Origin: Planctomycetota bacterium
GTDB taxonomy: Bacteria; Planctomycetota; UBA8108; SXIK01
Assembly (NCBI GenBank): GCA_965223265.1
Contig: OZ244999.1
Span: 1,024,001 to 1,088,000, forward strand
Length of the DNA: 64,000 bases
Direction: 5' to 3'
The notes beneath the pieces were generated by a model. It was not told the DNA's origin, ran no database searches, and was given only the letters and a program-made list of their open reading frames with translations. A program made the position numbers and the translations under genes. Shown here piece by piece: positions 57,364 through 64,000 of the stretch. How positions within the stretch are numbered: the first letter of the stretch is position 1; each line of letters begins with the position of its first letter.

Positions 57364-58350
57364 ATGAGTCGGCGAATCGAAAATAACATAGGGGTCAAAC
57401 CAGACCCTTGCCTGGAACAGGACTTCATTCCAGAAGACTTGGCACTAAGCATTTTGCTTCCTCGAAATCGTCACGAGTCAATGGTAGCGCTTCTCCCTCA
57501 GCTTGAGGACAAGGACACCGCTAAGATTTCGCGAACGCTAATTGAGCTCGGAAATTTCCCGGAAGGGCATTCAGCTCTTGAAGTGAATCTCATTGCCGAC
57601 AAGCTTGACGATTCTGACCCTTTCATACGTCGGTGCGCTGCTCGCGCTATTGGAAAGATTGCAAACGAGCATTGTGTTGAACCGCTTCGGGCTGCCTTGC
57701 AACACTCTGACCCAGAAGTTGGTGCGGCAGCATTAGAGGGGCTAAAGAACGAGCCTCACCCCAGATTTGTTGCAGTCTTAATTGAGGCCTTAGCCGACGA
57801 CCGCGTCTCTCAAGGCGTATCCCTTGCGCCAATCCATTACGAGCTGGTAGACGACGAACTCACACGTCAAATCGAAGACCTTGCTCAACATGAACACCCA
57901 GCCGTTAAGCGAGGGGCAGAATTTGCGCTCTCTGCAATTTACGAACGCCCCATGGAGCCTGAACCAGGAGAGTTCGAACGGTTAACGCAGGAGCTTAAAG
58001 ACTCAGACCCCGCGGTTCGTGGAAACGCGGCCTCGGAGCTTGGGACCTACATGATTGACGCTTCTCTTGAACCTCTTGAGAAAGCTTTAAAAGACAGCGA
58101 CCCGGAAGTGCGTCGTGCCGCCGCTGCTGGATTCGGTGCAGAAAACCCACGCTTTCTTCCAATGCTAATAGAGGCGCTCGCTGATACCAGCTCAGAGGTG
58201 GTTGCAGCTGTCCGTTTCAGTCTTTTAGGATTTCGCTACGAGTCCTACGACGACAAGGTACGGGCTCAAATCGCAGAGCTCACACGACACCGCCACCCAA
58301 GCGTTCGAGAATACGCGAAAGGGATTCTTTCCAAAGCAGAACAGAGCTAA
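57364..58350 (+). CDS. HEAT-repeat protein
   Basis: LDDSDPFIRRCAARAIG, LKDSDPAVRGNAASELG, LKDSDPEVRRAAA; duplicated halves. Confidence 0.85.
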   Translation: MSRRIENNIGVKPDPCLEQDFIPEDLALSILLPRNRHESMVALLPQLEDKDTAKISRTLIELGNFPEGHSALEVNLIADKLDDSDPFIRRCAARAIGKIANEHCVEPLRAALQHSDPEVGAAALEGLKNEPHPRFVAVLIEALADDRVSQGVSLAPIHYELVDDELTRQIEDLAQHEHPAVKRGAEFALSAIYERPMEPEPGEFERLTQELKDSDPAVRGNAASELGTYMIDASLEPLEKALKDSDPEVRRAAAAGFGAENPRFLPMLIEALADTSSEVVAAVRFSLLGFRYESYDDKVRAQIAELTRHRHPSVREYAKGILSKAEQS

Positions 58351-58433
58351 AGCCCCTGCCAAAAACGGCTTACGGGTTTCTCGAATTCCTGTCAGGTTTC
58401 GCGCTTTCGTTGCGGCATATACTGTTAGCCGCC

Positions 58434-59708
58434 ATGACTCAAACCGCGCCCTGTCCAGAACCGTTTTTCGAGAAGTGGAGCGACACAGCGCTCGTGTTCG
58501 TTGACAGAGCTGTGCGGCGGAGAGCACCGCGTCGCTCACCCCTAAGAAACCAGCTCGAGCCAGAAAAGAACTCGCTTTCGTTTTTCGCCGTAAGGGCCCT
58601 CTGGGTGCGGTCGCAGTCAGAGCCAATCAACGACGAGGAGGCTCTCCTTGCAAGAATTGTCTTCAACTTAGTTGACAGTGAGGCGAGACGCATTCTTTCG
58701 AAGAAACAAGAAGTTCTTAACGACGCGGAGGCCTTTGACAGAGTTCCACCTCCTCTCTCTCCACCCACACAGCTAACCGAACACGCTGAACGAATTCGGT
58801 ATGAACAGCTCTTCGAACTTCTACAGCGTCTTGGAGTTCCAAGAGAGGACCGTGAAATGCTGCAGCAGTTGACACAAGGTGGTCAGGATAGACGAGAGGT
58901 AGCTGCGCGGCTCGATATCAAGCCAAACGCAGTCGACCAGAAAATCCGGCGTCTCAAGCAACGTCTATCAAAAAGCGACATACTCGACAAGCTGTTGCTC
59001 ATTCCACTTCCTGTTTCCGTGTTCGTGTTTATTGGTCTTGACCAGGCGGAGGCTCGCTCAGCACTGCAAGCCCCTCCGCGAATCCCGCTCCACAAGCGAA
59101 TCGTGTCCCGCGTGTCCACAAGACGTCGAGCTCTTTTTCTTTACAAAGAAGGAGCCACCATAGGAGCCAAGATACGTTCCGTTGACGATATGTTTGCTAA
59201 GTTTCTTGACCAAAAACCGAACCCCAATGTTAACGACGTAATGGGATTCTCGCTCGAACACTTTTCTCCACTTTCCGACCGGCGTGAAGAGATAGAAAAA
59301 CAGTTGATTGCTCTTGGTGCACCGCACGGGCTAACGCACTCGCAAACGATAAAGTGCGCAAGGGACCTTCTTGTGTGGGAGTTATCCGCTATCAAGACGA
59401 ACAACTCCAGGTACTGCGCAAACGTTCGAAAGAACAACCTGAAATTTCGTTTTCAGGAAATAGAGCCAGTCATCTTGCGAGCTGAAAAAGAACTCCCTGA
59501 ATTCCAACTGGGACGAAACCAATACTGGCTGAGTAGAGAACCAGATACCAAGGTGGCAGTCGCCCGAGTGAAGTATGTCAGTAGTGCCAAGCCTTACTTC
59601 AGTACCCTCGACCGCCTTAGGACCCCTACTGTAGAATCTGTCTTCGATACTTCAATCCCTTGGGTCTACCGCCGAGGCCAGTTGTTCTCGTCCGAGCACG
59701 CAAAGTAG
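58434..59708 (+). CDS. Sigma-70 region-4-like HTH protein with unknown C-terminal domain
   Basis: EDREML...GQDRREVAARLDIKPNAVDQKIRRLKQRL, then a hydrophobic stretch. Confidence 0.6.
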   Translation: MTQTAPCPEPFFEKWSDTALVFVDRAVRRRAPRRSPLRNQLEPEKNSLSFFAVRALWVRSQSEPINDEEALLARIVFNLVDSEARRILSKKQEVLNDAEAFDRVPPPLSPPTQLTEHAERIRYEQLFELLQRLGVPREDREMLQQLTQGGQDRREVAARLDIKPNAVDQKIRRLKQRLSKSDILDKLLLIPLPVSVFVFIGLDQAEARSALQAPPRIPLHKRIVSRVSTRRRALFLYKEGATIGAKIRSVDDMFAKFLDQKPNPNVNDVMGFSLEHFSPLSDRREEIEKQLIALGAPHGLTHSQTIKCARDLLVWELSAIKTNNSRYCANVRKNNLKFRFQEIEPVILRAEKELPEFQLGRNQYWLSREPDTKVAVARVKYVSSAKPYFSTLDRLRTPTVESVFDTSIPWVYRRGQLFSSEHAK

Positions 59709-59941
59709 TCTCAACACCACGGCACAGCTTTCCACCTTCCGCGCGTAACCTTCTAACGCGCTGCCTACCCACCGCTCCTCACTCCCCCCCAACAAGAGTC
59801 TCCATTTTTTTGTCAGGATTTCCGTTTCTCCTGCGGCCACGTTCATTGAGCCAGACTGGTTAACCGGTCGACTCGGTGGTGGTCGTCAGTGTGGCGCCAC
59901 CCTTCTATATCCGGCCGTTTGAGAAGCGGAGTTCGAAGGCC

Positions 59942-60160
59942 ATGTTCGCTGAGCTCGCACTCGCCGCGTCAACTGGGACCTACCTCGTTGGGTCGCTCTT
60001 CTCAGAACGCACCATGCGCAAGTGGTACCTCGGTGGCGCCACGTGCTCATGCGCAGCGTTTCTTGACCAGCAACTTGTTGCCGGTGCCGCAGGTGCCGCG
60101 CTCTTCATCGCGATTCATTCCGTCAAACTTTTCCGTCTGAGAAAGGCGCCCGCGGAATGA
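59942..60160 (+). CDS. Small membrane protein
   Basis: Hydrophobic 72 aa ORF with ATGA overlap to the next gene. Confidence 0.55.
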   Translation: MFAELALAASTGTYLVGSLFSERTMRKWYLGGATCSCAAFLDQQLVAGAAGAALFIAIHSVKLFRLRKAPAE

Positions 60161-60723
60161 AACCCGTTGACCACATACGGCGGAAAGGCGATTGGCTATC
60201 GCACGACCAACTGCTCGAGCTCGAGTTCACCGACTACCGCCTTGCAAAGGACGTGGAAGCGGGCCACCTGGTGCGAACCAGAATCTCTGTGTGTCGTGCA
60301 AAGCCGACCGTTCCCGTTTTCGATTCTTCTAAGACGCCGCTTGGCACTGACGGAATCGCTCCGGCCGCACTCGAGCGCGCCTTGCGTTCACGAAACGAGG
60401 GGGAGCCCAAACCAGTGTGGGCTTATCACAGAAAAGGCCACCGCATAGACCTGGCCCAAGCCACACATGCGGCCCAACTCGGAGACGTCTACGTCCGCAC
60501 CGTACTCGAGCGCCCGGAGCTCACTTGGTTTTCAGACCGTGAGTGGCCGCGCTTCCTCGGTGTCAAACCCCGCGGTCACGTGCTTCCAGACGCAGTGCTC
60601 CTTGACAGTAACCGTCAGCCCGTCACGTTCGTTGATGCGGTGACGAGCTCGTACAGAACAGACAGATTATCCGCGCTCGCTTCGTATGCGAGTGACATGA
60701 ACTCAGACATTCAACTCTGGTAA
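60157..60723 (+). CDS. Hypothetical protein, replication-relaxation / PD-(D/E)xK-like
   Basis: ATH...LGDVY, W..D, LPDAVL...FVD...SY...RL. Confidence 0.55.
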   Translation: MKPVDHIRRKGDWLSHDQLLELEFTDYRLAKDVEAGHLVRTRISVCRAKPTVPVFDSSKTPLGTDGIAPAALERALRSRNEGEPKPVWAYHRKGHRIDLAQATHAAQLGDVYVRTVLERPELTWFSDREWPRFLGVKPRGHVLPDAVLLDSNRQPVTFVDAVTSSYRTDRLSALASYASDMNSDIQLW

Positions 60724-60861
60724 TGGAGGATTTTTCGTTGCGCTCAATTTGCTGAGTGCTTTGTGCCTGTCTCCGGCCTGACATTGGGGACAAAACGGCG
60801 CAAGGATATCCCGCCTTCGAAGACCGGTTTCAACAAACTTTGTTAACCGAAGGAGGGAATC

Positions 60862-61020
60862 ATGCACAACACTAAAACACTTCTATCTTTGCCCGGTCAA
60901 GGTGTCGTCAAGCTTGACGACTCGAATCCTTGGCTCGTGCACTCGGTCACAGGTTTCACCTGGGGCCAGCTTATCGTGTCAAACTTGTGCACTTGCGTCG
61001 TCGTTGCCGTTCTCTTTTGA
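60862..61020 (+). CDS. Small protein (52 aa, hydrophobic C-terminus)
   Basis: Strong AAGGAGG RBS; followed by a terminator. Confidence 0.5.
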   Translation: MHNTKTLLSLPGQGVVKLDDSNPWLVHSVTGFTWGQLIVSNLCTCVVVAVLF

Positions 61021-61039
61021 GAGCGGTGTCTTTTGCTTC

Positions 61040-61080
61040 AGGCCGGATTCTTCTTCACAGAGGAACCGGCCTCTTTTTTT
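61040..61080 (+). terminator. Rho-independent terminator
   Basis: AGGCCGG...CCGGCCT stem followed by a T7 run. Confidence 0.65.
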
Positions 61081-61169
61081 GGCCGCGCCGGTCTCTTTCA
61101 AACGTCGCTTGCTGTTGCGGCTCTGGATTCGCCAGGTCGCAATTCGAAGCGAAACGAAGGAGGAGGCTT

Positions 61170-61358
61170 ATGGAAAGGAATCGAAAGCAGGAACTGTCAT
61201 ATGAGGACGCGCTACCGGTCGCAAGAACAGTCGTTGAGGCGTGCAAGCCAGACGAGCTCGTTGAGCTTGCTGTCGCGCTCGTGGTTGACGACCTGTTGCG
61301 ACACAACCCGCCAATCAAACACAGGCGCCCGCGTAGACCTCTTTCCCTGGTGCGGTGA
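61170..61358 (+). CDS. Small hypothetical protein (62 aa)
   Basis: AGGAGGAGG RBS; MERNRKQELSYEDALPVARTVVEACKPDELVEL. Confidence 0.6.
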   Translation: MERNRKQELSYEDALPVARTVVEACKPDELVELAVALVVDDLLRHNPPIKHRRPRRPLSLVR

Positions 61359-61368
61359 CTTTGTTGTT

Positions 61369-61404
61369 GGTCGTGGGTCCTTCGGGACTCACGGCCTTTT
61401 TTTT
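61369..61404 (+). terminator. Rho-independent terminator
   Basis: GGTCGTGGGTCC-TTCG-GGACTCACGGCC followed by T8. Confidence 0.85.
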
Positions 61405-61487
61405 CGCTGTGCGGTTCTCCGAATGTCGGCTCTGGCCTCTGCTCATTCGGAGTGGAGATTTGAACCTTCAACATAAGGAGACACGTC

Positions 61488-61811
61488 ATGAACGTAATCA
61501 CGCTCGACGGTAACGTCGTTGACCCAGGAACACTTAAAGAGCTCGCTGAAAGCCAGCGCGTTCGAGTGATTCGAATTGCGCACAACCGTGGCAAGGACAA
61601 GCCCGCGCTGTTTCTCGACTGTGAGGTCTGGAACGGCTGGGCTGAAAATTTCCGCGGTGAGAAAGGCGACCCCGTAGTCGTCTCTGGTGAGCTCCGCCAG
61701 GACTCTTGGGAAGACAAGGACGGTAAGTCGCAACAGAAGACTTACGTCCGTGCTCGTGAGGTGAAGCTTCTGGCGAGAAAGCCAGCTGAAGCAGAACCTG
61801 CCGCGCAGTGA
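61488..61811 (+). CDS. ssb: Short single-stranded DNA-binding protein (third, divergent)
   Basis: MNVITLDGNVVDP, FLDCEVWNGWAE, KGDPVVVSGELRQDSWEDKDG; TAAGGAG RBS. Confidence 0.88.
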   Translation: MNVITLDGNVVDPGTLKELAESQRVRVIRIAHNRGKDKPALFLDCEVWNGWAENFRGEKGDPVVVSGELRQDSWEDKDGKSQQKTYVRAREVKLLARKPAEAEPAAQ

Positions 61812-62051
61812 ATCTCTACGAGGTGGTTGCCTCAAAAAATGGCGTAAGCCCACCTCAATCTTGCTCGGTCTCTCTTCGGAGAGGCCGGGCACTTTTCTCC
61901 CGAGTCTGGCTGTCGGGAAGTGAACAGCCAACCGATTGGTGCCGCGGCAAACCGGCACTTCCAAACTTCTTTTCTGCTGTGCCTCTGACCTTCGGGTTGC
62001 GGACTGAGCGAAATTCGTTCGCTCACGCTTCAACTCGAATAGGAGGAAATC

Positions 62052-62750
62052 ATGTCGTATCTCTACCCAAATCCAAGCATGGTGGCGTTTTGGCTTTCAG
62101 CCAATCGGTATTCAGGGTTTCTGGCGAGTAACAAGACGACAATTCTGTCTGTCGACTTCCCGCCAGTTGTCTCATGTCCGGTGGCTTGTACTTACTGTTA
62201 CGCAAGGCGCGGTCGGCAGGCCATGGCTCGAGCGGTTGAGCTTCAAGCTGAACGCTACCAGCGGTACCGCGAGAACCCCGAAGGCTATGCCGCGGAGCTT
62301 GCCGAAATCCTTCGGCGCTTTGAGCTCTGCTTTGGTCTGGCCGTGGGTTCAGAGCGCTTTCCGCTTCGGCTCTTTGGTGCCGGAGACTGCGGCAACGTGA
62401 AAACGTTTCGCAGGTTCCATGCAGCGCTCGTGCGCTGTGGTATTTCGAGCTACGGGTACAGCCGTTACCTCGGGATTCCCGGTGACCTCTGGTACTCAGC
62501 GGATTCGAACACGTCACCGACTCTTATCGCGCGAGCAAAACGAGAAGGAAGACGTGTCGCGTTTGTTCGAATGCCAGACGACCTGGTGCCCGACGACGCC
62601 ACTCTGGTGTTCCCAGAGCACCGACTGGCAAAGCGCGTTCCTGTCGACGGGCGCGATTGCCCAAAGATTCGGAATCCGCATGAGCCAGGAGTTTGCTACG
62701 AGTGCAAGCGTTGCTTCTCTCGAGAGCAGGCAGTGACCGTTGCGGCATGA
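62052..62750 (+). CDS. GP88-like protein with radical-SAM-type CxxxCxxC motif
   Basis: SCPVACTYCYARRG, RLFGAGD, YGYSR, WYSAD, DCP...CYECKRCF. Confidence 0.7.
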   Translation: MSYLYPNPSMVAFWLSANRYSGFLASNKTTILSVDFPPVVSCPVACTYCYARRGRQAMARAVELQAERYQRYRENPEGYAAELAEILRRFELCFGLAVGSERFPLRLFGAGDCGNVKTFRRFHAALVRCGISSYGYSRYLGIPGDLWYSADSNTSPTLIARAKREGRRVAFVRMPDDLVPDDATLVFPEHRLAKRVPVDGRDCPKIRNPHEPGVCYECKRCFSREQAVTVAA

Positions 62751-62764
62751 CACAGCAACCTTTC

Positions 62765-62796
62765 GCTCGGCCTCACCCATTTGGGTGGGGTCGGGC
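62765..62796 (+). terminator. Strong hairpin (terminator or stabiliser)
   Basis: GCTCGGCCTCACCC/GGGTGGGGTCGGGC stem with G-U pairs; only a short T tail. Confidence 0.45.
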
Positions 62797-62811
62797 ATTT
62801 GAAAACAAACC

Positions 62812-63069
62812 ATGAACACGAAAACACTTGAAATCAACCAACACGACGTAGCAACGCTCTCAAAGCTAATCGGTGAGCTCGAAGAAGTCGCGGCCCAGTG
62901 GCATGTCGAACTTGCGCCAGTGCTTACAAAGCGCACGGTTACGCGCCGTGAGTTCTACGAAGTGCAGAAAGTCGCGACGAGGCTTAAAGAGATTGCGACC
63001 TCGTTCGCGACTTCCACCAAAGTGGCGAGGACCCAAGGTTTCATTCGCGCAAACAGTGAGCTTCCATGA
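62812..63069 (+). CDS. Hypothetical protein
   Basis: 85 aa helical ORF with ATGA overlap to the next gene. Confidence 0.6.
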   Translation: MNTKTLEINQHDVATLSKLIGELEEVAAQWHVELAPVLTKRTVTRREFYEVQKVATRLKEIATSFATSTKVARTQGFIRANSELP

Positions 63070-63815
63070 GCAAGAGAGAAAAGAAGTGGAAGATTGAACC
63101 GCGGCTAACGGCTACGCAACGGCTTTTGCTCGAACTTCCGACGCGCTGTGGGGCAGCAACCCGCGAAACGATTCACGCTTACGTGAACAAGGCTCGCGCC
63201 GCTGCCGGAAAAGACCCGCTGTCAGAAGACGCTATCCGCGTAGCGCTCATTCGTCTTGCAGACCGTTGGCTCTGTAAGAACCTCGTTGCAGCAGAAAACG
63301 TAGCCTACGTGGTGCCAACACCGGCTGGCTGCCGAAAGGTCGGAGCGGAGCCGCGCGGGAAGGCGTCTACTTTCGTTGCGCTCTTGCAGCTCGCTGTCTC
63401 TGACTTCTGTTTTCAGAACGGCAAGGTGCTTCTCACAGCAGAAGAGTTGCGCGAAGAACTGGCGCGTAGAGACAAGGCGCTACTTGTCCCAAGAATTCCT
63501 CGCGGAAGATTCTACGTTGAAGAAGGCAAACTCGGATATGTGGACGTGGACCTTGAGTCGCGCACAGCCTTTCAAGTCATCCGGCGCCTTCGGCGATACG
63601 GGGAAAGATTAATGGACCTTGGTCCTGCGTGGGAACCGCTTGTACGCGAAGGCAAAGAGCTTCGCTACGTGGTGCTGACACACTACCCGCGTGACCTTGA
63701 GCTCCAACGCGAACGCAAAGCGCAAGGCTGTCCAACGCCGCTTCGCTCTGTAGTGTCGCCATTACTGGAGCGGTTTCGGTGCGAAGAACCGGAGGTTGCA
63801 ACCAGTGCTACCTGA
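63066..63815 (+). CDS. Hypothetical protein, winged-helix plus replication-relaxation-like
   Basis: ATRETIH, AIRVALIRL, YVVPTPAG, GYVDVD, YVVLT. Confidence 0.55.
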   Translation: MSKREKKWKIEPRLTATQRLLLELPTRCGAATRETIHAYVNKARAAAGKDPLSEDAIRVALIRLADRWLCKNLVAAENVAYVVPTPAGCRKVGAEPRGKASTFVALLQLAVSDFCFQNGKVLLTAEELREELARRDKALLVPRIPRGRFYVEEGKLGYVDVDLESRTAFQVIRRLRRYGERLMDLGPAWEPLVREGKELRYVVLTHYPRDLELQRERKAQGCPTPLRSVVSPLLERFRCEEPEVATSAT

Positions 63816-64000
63816 TTATTGGACTCAAGTGCTACCCCTTATTGAAAACCTTGAAGCTCCCTACGCGGCGCTTGGCATTCGCTTGCGCTGTGACTTCAAG
63901 GCCAATCCGCCCGTCATGACGTGTCCGGTGCTTGACGAGGCCCCAGACCAGGACCGCGCGCTCGAGAAAGCTTGGAAGAAGAAACTTCTCGAAGTGCACC
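63805..64000 (+). CDS. Partial hypothetical protein (runs off the window)
   Basis: GGAGG RBS, GTG start, open frame to the end of the window. Confidence 0.5.
   Translation, partial: MLPDYWTQVLPLIENLEAPYAALGIRLRCDFKANPPVMTCPVLDEAPDQDRALEKAWKKKLLEVH

Larger units (their letters stand above)
1..64000. mobile_element. Large plasmid-derived or integrative conjugative element (boundaries not defined within the window)
   Basis: Carries RepA with iterons, parA with a repeat array, a MOB_F relaxase, a T4CP, three ssb genes, an orphan MTase, primase and defence genes. No housekeeping genes seen. Confidence 0.8.

Overview
The window looks like part of a large mobile element (integrated plasmid or ICE), probably from a Planctomycetota host. 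The host call is inferred from the ECF sigma/Ser-Thr kinase pair, a planctomycete-type dockerin-like protein, the RepA type and an att-adjacent 'WPELP' mini-ORF. From left to right it contains: (1) a class II ribonucleotide reductase read in frame into an AEP primase-polymerase plus Zn-finger; (2) decayed VWA and AlkB genes; (3) a defence island with complete qatABCD, a small tyrosine recombinase, and an HTH-res-mod type III R-M operon followed by a UvrD-like helicase and a TM0106-type nuclease-helicase; (4) a 14.5 kb cargo (ATPase, secreted proteins, ECF, kinase) bracketed by two ~710 bp direct repeats, each carrying an ssb gene in conserved, structured non-coding flanks; (5) an orphan methyltransferase, HAD and DnaQ-like genes; (6) a MOB_F relaxase and coupling protein; (7) repA with seven iterons; (8) a parS-like tetramer array with parA and a partner protein; and (9) a run of small genes including a third ssb and a GP88-like protein. 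The two best candidates for undescribed biology are the duplicated ssb cassette (compensatory stem changes, 5'-3' long-range pairing, sequestered start codon) and the NrdJ-PrimPol fusion, which could also be a frameshift or deletion artefact. All calls come from reading motifs by eye; no searches were run. No rRNA, tRNA or CRISPR array was seen.
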